64,000 nt of DNA. Origin: an uncultured Nitrospiraceae bacterium (GTDB taxonomy: Bacteria > Nitrospirota > Nitrospiria > Nitrospirales > Nitrospiraceae). Where the stretch lies: contig CAWJWJ010000001.1 of assembly GCA_963846575.1 (NCBI GenBank), forward strand, positions 288,001 to 352,000, read 5' to 3'. The notes under the pieces are model-generated. The model searched no databases. It was given only the letters and a program-made list of their open reading frames with translations, and was not told the DNA's origin. Shown here in pieces: positions 21,934 through 31,291 of the stretch. Positions within the stretch are counted from its first letter, which is position 1. Every line of letters begins with the position of its first letter. The translations under genes and the position numbers were made by a program.

Positions 21934-22863
21934 TCAGTACGACTGCTTCTCCAGCGTGGGGATGATGGACGACTGTACATCTTCGGTGATGGTGTACCGG
22001 ATATAGGCGTTTTCCGTCATCTGGTTCGCATAGAGGCGTCCCGTGGGGGCCTCTACCTTCACGGCGATCTCCGCAGCGGATGTTGGTTCAACCGTCACGG
22101 TCTGCTCATAGGTTTCACGCAGGTACGGGTGCCAGATCGTCACGGTATACGTACCGGGAGGAATATTGCCGATTTCGAAATGCCCCTTCTCATCCGTCAT
22201 CGCGTAATAGGGATGATCGGTCACCAGCGCCCAGCTTTCCATATAGGCATGAAAGCCGCACTGCATGACAAAGATGCGTCGGCCCTTCGTCATCCGCACC
22301 TCCTGCGTGATCGGCGCCCCTTCATAATGTTTATGGAAATGCGCGCTGAGTCCGGCTTCGTTCGGATACCGGGTGCTGATCGGCAGGGGAATGTTAAACA
22401 GCACGCGAGGACCCAATTTGGACGTTTCGTAGGCCTGCACGTCGTGCAGCGCGGGATCCTTGTTCACCACGACCACATCGTGCCGGTCCTGCACCAGATT
22501 CACAAACGGGAGGAAGCGGCAATCCATGGCTTCGATACGTGGCGGTTGCACCTCGCCGAAGGGTTTGCCCTGTTCGATCTCCTTGAGATAGACCACGACG
22601 TCCCGGAATTCCCCTTCCTTGCCGACGTTAAATGGCTGGAGGAGCCGCCACCCGCGCCCGTCTGAAATCCGCCCGCAATAGATGGGATCCGGCAGCGTCG
22701 TCAGGTTGTATCCCTTCGGCGTGGGGACCTCTCCGATCATCGTCACCATCCCGCGGATGGTCCCGCCCTCGGTCACGGGCATCTCTTCATAGGCCGCCGC
22801 CGGGGTCACAAGCCATGCGGCCATCACGAACACGATCAGTCGTTGCACGTTACGCTGTTTCAC
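21934..22863 (-). CDS. exported cupredoxin-like / carboxypeptidase-regulatory-like domain protein (paralogue B)
   Basis: Closely similar to paralogue A (YCGRISDGRGWR.LQPF, CGFHAYMESW); GTG start after an AAGGAGG RBS. Confidence 0.8.
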   Translation of the reverse strand: MKQRNVQRLIVFVMAAWLVTPAAAYEEMPVTEGGTIRGMVTMIGEVPTPKGYNLTTLPDPIYCGRISDGRGWRLLQPFNVGKEGEFRDVVVYLKEIEQGKPFGEVQPPRIEAMDCRFLPFVNLVQDRHDVVVVNKDPALHDVQAYETSKLGPRVLFNIPLPISTRYPNEAGLSAHFHKHYEGAPITQEVRMTKGRRIFVMQCGFHAYMESWALVTDHPYYAMTDEKGHFEIGNIPPGTYTVTIWHPYLRETYEQTVTVEPTSAAEIAVKVEAPTGRLYANQMTENAYIRYTITEDVQSSIIPTLEKQSY

Positions 22864-22990
22864 TCCGGCCTCCTTTGGTGCAATGGGGCGTGTGGCCCTG
22901 TGGATCATGAAACCCTGAGGACCCCACCCCCCCAGGATGTACAATTCAGGCCGCCCGCTGCAAGAGAGAACTCCAGACGGCTGACTCTAG

Positions 22991-23006
22991 AGCCGGACTT
23001 GTGCCA
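22991..23006 (-). promoter_or_regulatory. sigma-54 -24/-12 promoter
   Basis: Minus strand TGGCACAAGTCCGGCT, GG-N10-GC. Confidence 0.55.
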
Positions 23007-23008
23007 AA

Positions 23009-23045
23009 GATGGGGGAGCTTCCGGAACCCGGCAGCTCCCCCATC
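23009..23045. terminator. 12-bp perfect inverted repeat (terminator-like)
   Basis: GATGGGGGAGCT ... AGCTCCCCCATC, followed by TTT on the minus strand. Confidence 0.45.
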
Positions 23046-23439
23046 GGCGGTTACGCCACGACCCGCCCGCTTGCCTCATGGCGGGCTTAATCGCTTGCGG
23101 CTCGGGTTACACCTCGGCTTGACGCGCACCCGATCCGCCTGCGCCTGGAGGCTGAATCCGCGCATCGCCGCCCGGCAGGACGCGCAGAGTGCCCTACTGT
23201 CCGGACTGCTGGCAGGGCAGGCGCGCGTTCGACCACACGAAGTCCCCACCTGACGAGACGGTCCGCCTGCACCGTTCACCGGCATGCGCCTATTTCAACC
23301 TATGAGACTGTCCAGCTTCCTGGACGATTTTCCCGAGTACATGGGCGAGACGGGGCACCATCATCCCTGACTGCCTCCTTCTCATCATGCTCGGGATTCG
23401 TTACCATGCTGGAGACAGCACCTCATATCCCGGAACCCG

Positions 23440-24891
23440 ATGCCGATCATCTCTCCAGCCTTCGTTGCTCTGCTGCCTCTCGCGGGCATTCTCTGCGCCT
23501 TGTCGATCAGCGAAGTCCTGCACGCACAATGGCCTGAATGGCACATGCTCCAGCTCCCGCTTCATTCGACCCTTGAAGCCGTGGGTGGAATCGCCTCGAT
23601 CGCCATGGCCACCATGCTCCTGCCGGGGAGGAACGGGTCTGCGCCCGGCAAGTATTACTCCCTGGGTCTCGGATTTTTGAGCATGGGAATCCTGGAATTG
23701 TTTCATGCCATGGCGCAGCCGGGAAACAGCTTCGTCCTGCTGCGGAATGTCGCCAGTCTGGCCGGCGGAGTCGGATTTGTGCTGCTGCTCGTGCCGCGCC
23801 CCCCGCACGCTCCGGCACGGAGCCGGTGGATGCCAGGGGGAATCGCGGCCGGGGCCTCGCTCTTCGGCGCCTGGGCGCTGGCCTTCTCCGACCATATTCC
23901 CGAAATGATCCGTGACGGCCGATTCACCCCGACCGCAGTGGCCCCCCAAAGTCTGGCCTGCCTCTGTTTTTTTGCAGCCACGGCCCGATGTTTTCTGGAC
24001 TACCGGCGATCGAAACAGTCGGCGGATCTCATCTTTGCCTCCCTCGCCTTCATGTTCGGCGTCGCCGAACTGGTCTTCATGTATTCGATTCCTTGGGACG
24101 GGCGCTGGTGGTTCTGGCACCTGCTGCGCATGACGGCCTATCTGCTGGTGTTGCTGGAGGTCGGGCGCGGATATCTCCGTACGACCTCGGACCTCACGAG
24201 ATCCCTGGAGCAAACCATCCAAGTGGAAGGAGCCTTGCGGCAGAGCGAGCAGCGTCTGCGCCGAAGCCTTGATGACCGTGAGAAGATGGCGCAAGATCTG
24301 CACGACCATGTCATTCAGTCGATCTTTGCGGTGACGCTCACGCTCGAACGCTGCCGGCGGCTCGTGAGCACCCACGCGAATGAGGTCGTGGTCCAACTCG
24401 GAACGACACTCGCCGACCTCCGGCTGGTCATCCGGGATTTACGCGGGTACCTGGTGGGACTGGAGCAACCGATTTCGAACGGTCGAGAATTCGAAACCGC
24501 CCTCGACTCCTTGATCAGGAGCATGACCGGTTCAGACCAACTCCCTTTCCGGCTGGAGGTCGATCCCCTGGCCGCCGACCGGGTCACGCCGGAACAGGCC
24601 TCCCAGCTGTTGTCGGTCGCCCGGGAAGCGCTGAGCAACAGTCTTCGCCACTCCTCAGCCAGGGCGGGGACGATTTCGCTCCGGTTCGAAAACGGCCATG
24701 TCCGGCTGACCGTCGCGGATGACGGTGTCGGCTTCCATGTCCCCGCCCCGCAGGGCCAGGGGCACGGCCTGAAAAATCTCGCGGCCCGCGCGAAACGGCT
24801 GAACGGGCGGTTCGAAGTCATCTCAGGACCCGGGCAAGGCACCCGCATCCTGTTCGATGTACCGCAGGAGGAATCCCATGCGACGACCTGA
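23440..24891 (+). CDS. membrane sensor histidine kinase (HisKA_3, NarX/DosS class)
   Basis: ~7 TM N-terminus, AQDLHDHVIQ, EALSNSLRH, DDGVGF, GHGL.NL. Confidence 0.92.
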   Translation: MPIISPAFVALLPLAGILCALSISEVLHAQWPEWHMLQLPLHSTLEAVGGIASIAMATMLLPGRNGSAPGKYYSLGLGFLSMGILELFHAMAQPGNSFVLLRNVASLAGGVGFVLLLVPRPPHAPARSRWMPGGIAAGASLFGAWALAFSDHIPEMIRDGRFTPTAVAPQSLACLCFFAATARCFLDYRRSKQSADLIFASLAFMFGVAELVFMYSIPWDGRWWFWHLLRMTAYLLVLLEVGRGYLRTTSDLTRSLEQTIQVEGALRQSEQRLRRSLDDREKMAQDLHDHVIQSIFAVTLTLERCRRLVSTHANEVVVQLGTTLADLRLVIRDLRGYLVGLEQPISNGREFETALDSLIRSMTGSDQLPFRLEVDPLAADRVTPEQASQLLSVAREALSNSLRHSSARAGTISLRFENGHVRLTVADDGVGFHVPAPQGQGHGLKNLAARAKRLNGRFEVISGPGQGTRILFDVPQEESHATT

Positions 24892-25540
24892 AGGCAAACC
24901 GATCCGTCTGTTGTTGGTCGACGACCATGAAGTCCTTCGCATCGGCCTGCGGACCCTGTTCACGGAAGCCGGAGGGTTCGAGGTCGTCGGGGAGGCCGGC
25001 ACGATGGCCGGCGCCGTGGATGAGGCGCTCAAGCTGAAGCCGGACGTGGTGCTGATGGACGTACGGCTCCCGGACGGCAGTGGCATCGATGCCTGCCGAA
25101 CGATTCGAGCGGCACAACCTCAGACCGCCGTTCTGTTTCTCACCTCCTTTGCCGACGACCATGCCGTCTTGGCCACGATCCTTGCCGGAGCCGGAGGATT
25201 TCTGCTGAAGGAGGTCGGAGGGGAACAGCTCGTCAGCGGTGTCAAGACCGTCGCCGGCGGCCAATCGATCCTGGACCGGGGCGTGGCCCAGCGGGTGCTG
25301 ACCCACGCGCATGCACTCACGGACGGCGGGGGCGACGGGAAAAGTGATCCGCTGTCTCCGCAGGAACAGCGGGTCCTGGCCTTGGTCGCCGAAGGGTTGA
25401 CGAACAAGGAGATCGCCGCCTCCCTGAATCTCAGCGACAAGACGGTCGGCAACTACCTCAGCAACATCTTCCAGAAACTTCATGTGACCCGCCGTACTCA
25501 GGCGGCGATGTATTACAGCCAGCACCTCCCGAACAAGTAG
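24878..25540 (+). CDS. NarL/LuxR-family response regulator (DevR-like)
   Basis: VDDHEV, DVVLMDVRLPDGSG, LSPQE...GLTNKEIA HTH. Confidence 0.93.
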   Translation: MRRPEGKPIRLLLVDDHEVLRIGLRTLFTEAGGFEVVGEAGTMAGAVDEALKLKPDVVLMDVRLPDGSGIDACRTIRAAQPQTAVLFLTSFADDHAVLATILAGAGGFLLKEVGGEQLVSGVKTVAGGQSILDRGVAQRVLTHAHALTDGGGDGKSDPLSPQEQRVLALVAEGLTNKEIAASLNLSDKTVGNYLSNIFQKLHVTRRTQAAMYYSQHLPNK

Positions 25541-25676
25541 AGGCATGTGCCTCTAGCACTAGGGGAATAATCCTGCGCAACACACGGGAGGATCTCCTCT
25601 GCCGTCCGATCCAGCGTCCGGATAGGATGGGTGCGACAGTGACGACATCCACCGTTCATCGGACAAGGAGGGGCAT

Positions 25677-26153
25677 ATGATACGGACCGCATCGAACAAG
25701 CAGATCGTGACAGGCACCCTGGCGGCCATCGTGATGGCCTTTGTGTGGATGGCTGCGCCGGCCGTCGAGGCCGCCGACGGAGCCGGCAAGGAGAAGACCA
25801 AAGTGGTGTACCACGTCGATGGGAAGGACCCGGACGTCGCGAAGTATGCCCTGGCCCTGATCAACAAGCATATCGACGCGGAGGGCGGGCCTGACAAGAT
25901 CGACATCGAACTCGTCGTCCACGGTCCCGCGCTCGAACTCTTCGAGAAGGACAAGATGGATCCGGAGATGACAAAACGCTTCGACCAGATCATTGAGAAA
26001 GGCGCGAAGGCGGAGATGTGTCAGGTTTCGATGAAGGCCTTTGGAAAGACCCTCGACAACCTGGCGAAAGGATTCGTCGCCACGCTGCATCCGGTCGCGG
26101 TCAAACGGATTGCGGATCTTCAACAGCAGGGCTACCTGTACATCAAGCCGTAA
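25677..26153 (+). CDS. exported DsrE-family protein
   Basis: Signal peptide; KVVYHVD, IELVVHGPAL, single Cys in MCQVSM, LQQQGYLYIKP. Confidence 0.85.
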   Translation: MIRTASNKQIVTGTLAAIVMAFVWMAAPAVEAADGAGKEKTKVVYHVDGKDPDVAKYALALINKHIDAEGGPDKIDIELVVHGPALELFEKDKMDPEMTKRFDQIIEKGAKAEMCQVSMKAFGKTLDNLAKGFVATLHPVAVKRIADLQQQGYLYIKP

Positions 26154-26170
26154 AGCGGAGGACCATCACC

Positions 26171-26692
26171 ATGCGTTCGATCAACGCGGGCATGCTGGGA
26201 TTGTGGATCCTCTGCTCCGGTGCCGCAGGAGTCGCGACATGGACGGGGGTTACGCCGGCGGAGGCTGCCGCCCCGACCGCGCCCCCCTTCGAGGTGGTGA
26301 CGTTCGACGGCACCGGCTACAGCAATGCCTCCCTGAAAGGAAAACCGGCGTTGCTGGTCTTCTGGGCTCCCTGGTGCAACGTCTGCCGGCGTGAACTGCC
26401 CGAGATCAGCCGCTTCTACAAGGAGGGACGACCGGATGCGCTCGAAGTCGTCTCGATCGGATTCTCAGACACTCGAAGCAATGTTGAAGCCTTTGTGAAG
26501 GAACGGGCTGACTCCTTCGCCTTTCCTGCGGCGTACGACGAGGATCGGTGGGTGTCGCAGGCGTTCAAGGTCAACGCCACACCGACCTACGTATTGCTCG
26601 ACGACCAGGGCCGCATTGCTCTGGTCCACCGTGGCGGCGGCGTGCTTCAGAATCCTCAGTTTCGACAATTTTTGTCGACCCTCGCCGGATGA
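26171..26692 (+). CDS. TlpA-like periplasmic thioredoxin
   Basis: FWAPWCNVCRRELP, cis-Pro ATPT. Confidence 0.88.
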   Translation: MRSINAGMLGLWILCSGAAGVATWTGVTPAEAAAPTAPPFEVVTFDGTGYSNASLKGKPALLVFWAPWCNVCRRELPEISRFYKEGRPDALEVVSIGFSDTRSNVEAFVKERADSFAFPAAYDEDRWVSQAFKVNATPTYVLLDDQGRIALVHRGGGVLQNPQFRQFLSTLAG

Positions 26693-26749
26693 GCAGCCCT
26701 TCGAGGGCGGGAGAGGCGCCGCCTCTCCCGCCCTGACTGAGCCACAGCC

Positions 26750-27493
26750 ATGACAGAGTCGTTACCGCACACGTCCCTGATGACGGCCTTTCTCGCCGGC
26801 CTGCTTTCCTTTCCGTCTCCCTGCGTGCTCCCGCTGTTTCCGTCGTTCCTGACTTACATCACGGGGCTCTCGTTGGAGCACCTCTCGCATTCCCTGGAAC
26901 GGCGGCGGCTGAGGCAGACCATCCTGACCAATGCCCTGCTTTTCATTGCAGGCTTTTCGATTGTGTTCATCGCCTTCGGAGCCTCGGCGAGTGGCCTCGG
27001 CCGGCTGTTGACCGATTACCAGCACGTCATTCGAAAGATCGGCGCCGGAATGTTGATCCTGTTCGGGATCCATCTCATCGGGACCCTCAGATTTCTTCTC
27101 CGGTCGGCGAACCAGCCCGCTCCGGTGCGAAACCGTCCTGTCGGCTACCTGGGATCGGTCGTGATCGGAGCCACCCACGCCGCTGGGTGGACTCCTTGCG
27201 TGGGCCCGGTGCTCGGCAGTCTGCTGCTCTTCGCCAGCACAACCGACACCCTGGCCGATGGAATCACGCTGCTGGGATTCTACTCGCTGGGACTGGGCCT
27301 GCCGTTATTTGCCGCTGCGATGGGGTTGGATCGATGTCTTACGTACGTCAAGCAGGCCGGGCCGCACCTGGCAATCCTGTCGAAGGTGAGCGGGGGCCTT
27401 CTCATCCTGGCGGGACTGCTGCTCTATGACAACTCGTTGGCCCTGGTCGCGGCGTGGTTCGAGCGGCATGGCATCGGTGTCTACCTGGACTAG
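26750..27493 (+). CDS. ccdA: CcdA-type thiol-disulfide transmembrane electron transporter
   Basis: SPCVLP and GWTPCVGP motifs, six TM helices. Confidence 0.9.
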   Translation: MTESLPHTSLMTAFLAGLLSFPSPCVLPLFPSFLTYITGLSLEHLSHSLERRRLRQTILTNALLFIAGFSIVFIAFGASASGLGRLLTDYQHVIRKIGAGMLILFGIHLIGTLRFLLRSANQPAPVRNRPVGYLGSVVIGATHAAGWTPCVGPVLGSLLLFASTTDTLADGITLLGFYSLGLGLPLFAAAMGLDRCLTYVKQAGPHLAILSKVSGGLLILAGLLLYDNSLALVAAWFERHGIGVYLD

Positions 27494-27559
27494 GACCGGA
27501 TGAGCGGGATGCAGGCAAGCCTCATCATTCACCTGACGAAGCGGCTCGCGGGGCCGATG

Positions 27560-27870
27560 ACAGGACTCGGTGATGAAACCGGGAGACCAGAAGGGGGATG
27601 TCTTCCCTCCGTTCACGTAACGGAGGAAGATGGACCGGCAGCACGGCCAGGCGATAGTAAAGAGCCTGTCGAAAGGCCTCGGCCTTGACGAGGTCGGTTA
27701 CATCCCGGTTCCTGGCCGGCATGACGCGGACATCGATCGTGATCGGCTGAGTGCCCCCACCACCTTGATCTCACCGTCCTGCAACACCCCTAAGAGCCTC
27801 GCTGGAAATGGAGGAGACGTATCGGCGATCGAGTCCCGGAACAACCTCTCGGGAAGCGTGATTCGCTGAT
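27560..27870 (-). pseudogene. degraded fragment of a sigma-54 activator AAA+ domain
   Basis: RLLGVLQDGEIKVVG and FRQALYYRLAVLPVHLPPLRERREDIP in broken frames; no start and no HTH. Confidence 0.7.
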
Positions 27871-27885
27871 GCCGGTGTCTGCTCC

Positions 27886-28293
27886 TTAGTGACGGAACGG
27901 TTGTTCCGGTTTCCTGGCCGCAGCCCTGAGCAATAATTTTACCGTCGCCTTCAGTTCCGACAGGCGAACGGGCTTGTCAAAATAGGCGGTCGCCCCGTTC
28001 CTGAGCGCTTCGTCTTTGGTCTGCGCATCGCCGAATCCGGTCATCACGATGATGGGGCACCCGGGAGCGGAGAGTCGTAATCGATGCACATACTCAAATC
28101 CCCCTGCCGGCATCTTCAGGTCGGTGACGATCAGGTCCGGCGTCGCCCGCATGACGGCGGCTAACCCTTCTTCCCCGTTCGTGGCTTCCCGCAGTTGATA
28201 CCCTTCATCCCACAACTCGTCGCACAGCAGACTCCGCATGTCGTTGTCGTCTTCCACGACCAATAACACAGCTGGTCTCCTTTCTGCGTTCAC
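27886..28293 (-). CDS. single-domain response regulator
   Basis: VEDD, DLIVTDLKMP, MTGFG, FDKPV. Confidence 0.9.
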   Translation of the reverse strand: MNAERRPAVLLVVEDDNDMRSLLCDELWDEGYQLREATNGEEGLAAVMRATPDLIVTDLKMPAGGFEYVHRLRLSAPGCPIIVMTGFGDAQTKDEALRNGATAYFDKPVRLSELKATVKLLLRAAARKPEQPFRH

Positions 28294-28336
28294 GTGGTAC
28301 TCCCCGCGAAACCGGACTTGGCTGAAACAGGTACGA

Positions 28337-28352
28337 CGCAAAGCATGTGCCA
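28337..28352 (-). promoter_or_regulatory. sigma-54 -24/-12 promoter
   Basis: Minus strand TGGCACATGCTTTGCG, near-perfect consensus, 44 bp upstream of the start; weaker paired sites at 28447 and 28479 (32 bp apart). Confidence 0.85.
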
Positions 28353-28553
28353 CTCACTCGCCGTCCCGGCGATGGTCAAAACCACGTCTTTCCTGCAGAA
28401 ACTGACGCGAAGGAAATTCCACACAGGCAGCCGGCTGCCCGCGCGCTGGCGAGAAAGACCCCACCCGGAAACAGCTGCTGCCCCGAACCGCTACAGCGAG
28501 ACATCAATGAATCAGGCTAGCCACGACCGGCACAGCGCTTCGAGAGACGATGC

Positions 28554-31256
28554 TTATGACGGAGCGGCGAGCTCGTCTCTATGGATCGGGAGGCAGATCG
28601 TAAAGACGGTCCCCTTCCCCGGCTCACTGTCGACCTGAATCGTCCCATGGTGCTCCTCGATAATGCCTTTCACCACGGTCAGCCCGAGCCCCGTTCCCTT
28701 GCCGAACTCCTTGGTCGTGAAAAAAGGATCGAAGATCTTGGCGATCACCTCTCGCGGCATGCCATGGCCGGTATCCACCGCCGTCAATCGCACCATGCCT
28801 CGATCCTCAGCCAGAGCCAGCTTCAAGGTCCCTCCCTCAGGCATGGCGTGAATCGCATTCATGATCAGATTGATCAGTACCTGGCTCATCTGATCGACGT
28901 CGGCATGCACCGGAGGACAGTCCGTGGCACAGGAGGTTTCCACCGTGATGCAGCCGCGAGCCAGCCGCTCCTGGAAAATTTCCAGGTTGTCTTCGATGGC
29001 CTGGCCCAGATCCAAGGCGCGATGTTCGACCGGACGCCGGCGCGCGAAGGCCAGCAGTTGATTCATCACCCTCGTGATCCGCTCCACCTGGCTGACGATG
29101 GTGTGCAGGCCTTTCTTGACCGGTTCCTCTTTCGTCCGCTCCATCAAGTATTCGGCTCGCCCCAGGATGACATTCATGGGGGTGCCGATTTCATGCGCCA
29201 TCCCGGACGCGACCGTGGCCAGTTCTGCGATCCGCTCAGTGCGCCGCAGCTGATCCTGCAACCGTTTCCGTTCTGTGATGTCCCGCGCGACGACGAGGAC
29301 GGCGGGGCCTTCCTGATCGCTGTAGCGCGCGGCGGTGACCTCCACCACGACCTTAGAGCCATCGAGCCTGACGAACGTCTGTTCAAACAGAGGCACCTGT
29401 TCCTGCCCGTCGCTGACTCGAGAGAGGTGCTGTTTGACGACGGCCAGGTCGTCGGACGGAACAAAATCGGCCAGCGCCCGTCCTACGATCTGACGCTCCT
29501 CAGTCGCGCCCAGCAGCCTCATGCCTTCGCCATTGCCGAGCAGAACGCGATCGCCACGCAGGACAAAGATGGCATCGGGTGACACCTGGACGAGGCGGCG
29601 GTACCGTTCCTCGCTCTGCCGCATTGCGGCTTCCGCTTCTTTGCGGTCGGTGATGTTCCGGATAATCGCGGCCAGGCCGGCGGGTTTTCCGTCTTCTCCT
29701 TTGACCAGAGACACGGTCACGTCAACCGGAACCCGGGAGCCATCCTTCCGGATATATTCCTTTTCATACTCGGCCGGCTCCCCCGTCTCTATGACCCGCC
29801 CGATCGCCTGCGCCTGCACTCCCCTGTATTCCTCAGGAGTCAGCTCACCATAACCCGTATGCAGCAACTCGTCCTGGGAATACCCGGTCAGTTTCGCGAA
29901 CGCATGGTTGGCCAACACGAATTTACCGTCCAGCGAGGCATACCCGATGGCATCTTTCGACGATTCCACGATGTCCTCAAACAGCCCCTCCACTCTTCGC
30001 AGGGACGCTTCCGCCTGTTTTCGGGCCGTAATGTCGCGGGTCACTCCCAGCACCCCTGTGATGACGCCCGCCGCCCCCCGCAAGGGCACGGCATGCGTTT
30101 CCAGCCAGCGGTGGCCGCCTTTGAACCCCCGGATTTCCATTTCCAACAGTCCCGTTTCCCCCCGGCCGGCTCTGGTGATCAGTTCGCGGAATGCCGGACG
30201 GAATTGGGGAGTCACCAGTTGCTCCACGTCTTTGCCCAGAATGTCCTGACTGCTGTCGGCCTCGATCATGGCCAGACCGGCCGCGTTCATGGTGAGCACG
30301 GTCCCGTCGAGGTCGAGCAGCTTCACACACTCGGGTTCGGTCTCAATGATGGTGCTGAGGAGCCCCTCTCGTTGTGCCAGGTCTCTCTCCAGCCGCTCGC
30401 GTTCGGTGATGTCGCGGAGGATGACGGTGAAATACCGCTTGCCCTCTACTCCCACCTGCGAAATGGACGCCTCGATCGGAAACTCTTCTCCTCCTGCCCG
30501 GACACCTGTGATCGTGCCCAGGGCGCCCATCTTGCGGGAGGTGACACCGGACTGACCGAATCGCCGGATGTGCTCACCATGGGTCTGACGGAACCGGTCG
30601 GGAATGAGGCGATCCAACGATTGACCCAGCACCTCGCCGGCCGACCAGCGAAACATGCGTTCCGCGGCGTGATTGAACAGGATGATCTTCTGGTCTTCGT
30701 CGACGCTGATGATGGCGTCCATGGCCGACTGCACGATCCCTTCCAGCCACAGCTTGCCCTCGCGCATTTCCTCTTCCGCGCGGCGCTGACCCGCGACCGC
30801 TCCCAATACGGCCACCTCGGCATAGGCCCGCGCTTCCACGGCGGCCGCCCTTGCCGATTCGGCCTGGGTCTGCTGAGCCTGGGCATCAGTCACCGCCCGC
30901 GCCATCTGCTGACGGCTTTCATCGGCCCGCGCCCTGGCGAGCTGACGGCTCACCAACGCCAGGGCAAACCCCCAGATCAGCCCAACCCCCAACAGACGAT
31001 TCAGCATGGAGTAGAGCGGCAAGCCGCCCGGAGGCGAGTAGATATATCCGATGCCCAACAGCAGGGTGACGAGGCAGGCCAGATACAGGGGAGCGCGGGG
31101 CCGCGAGGACAACAAGGTGAGCGTCAGCGGAACGGCATACAACACCCATTCGACGATGCCGTCGGGCGTGAGCAGATCCAGAACAAAAATTCCGATGGTA
31201 AGGATGAGCGTGAGGGCGTACTCAGCGAACAGCGACTTGCGGTATGGAGGCTCCAA
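28554..31256 (-). CDS. membrane histidine kinase with four PAS domains (NtrB/FixL-like)
   Basis: TM region, four PAS/PAC repeats ending RDITE-like, MAHEIGTP, NAIHA, DTGHG, FFTTK..GKGTGLGL. Confidence 0.93.
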   Translation of the reverse strand: MEPPYRKSLFAEYALTLILTIGIFVLDLLTPDGIVEWVLYAVPLTLTLLSSRPRAPLYLACLVTLLLGIGYIYSPPGGLPLYSMLNRLLGVGLIWGFALALVSRQLARARADESRQQMARAVTDAQAQQTQAESARAAAVEARAYAEVAVLGAVAGQRRAEEEMREGKLWLEGIVQSAMDAIISVDEDQKIILFNHAAERMFRWSAGEVLGQSLDRLIPDRFRQTHGEHIRRFGQSGVTSRKMGALGTITGVRAGGEEFPIEASISQVGVEGKRYFTVILRDITERERLERDLAQREGLLSTIIETEPECVKLLDLDGTVLTMNAAGLAMIEADSSQDILGKDVEQLVTPQFRPAFRELITRAGRGETGLLEMEIRGFKGGHRWLETHAVPLRGAAGVITGVLGVTRDITARKQAEASLRRVEGLFEDIVESSKDAIGYASLDGKFVLANHAFAKLTGYSQDELLHTGYGELTPEEYRGVQAQAIGRVIETGEPAEYEKEYIRKDGSRVPVDVTVSLVKGEDGKPAGLAAIIRNITDRKEAEAAMRQSEERYRRLVQVSPDAIFVLRGDRVLLGNGEGMRLLGATEERQIVGRALADFVPSDDLAVVKQHLSRVSDGQEQVPLFEQTFVRLDGSKVVVEVTAARYSDQEGPAVLVVARDITERKRLQDQLRRTERIAELATVASGMAHEIGTPMNVILGRAEYLMERTKEEPVKKGLHTIVSQVERITRVMNQLLAFARRRPVEHRALDLGQAIEDNLEIFQERLARGCITVETSCATDCPPVHADVDQMSQVLINLIMNAIHAMPEGGTLKLALAEDRGMVRLTAVDTGHGMPREVIAKIFDPFFTTKEFGKGTGLGLTVVKGIIEEHHGTIQVDSEPGKGTVFTICLPIHRDELAAPS

Positions 31257-31291
31257 CGCCGATGACTCCCAACGCCACGGTACGACGGCGG

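Noticed and set aside
23076..23285. Cys-containing 69-aa ORF as a zinc finger or RiPP precursor
   Set aside because: No RBS, composition typical of spurious GC-rich ORFs, and far from the MNIO
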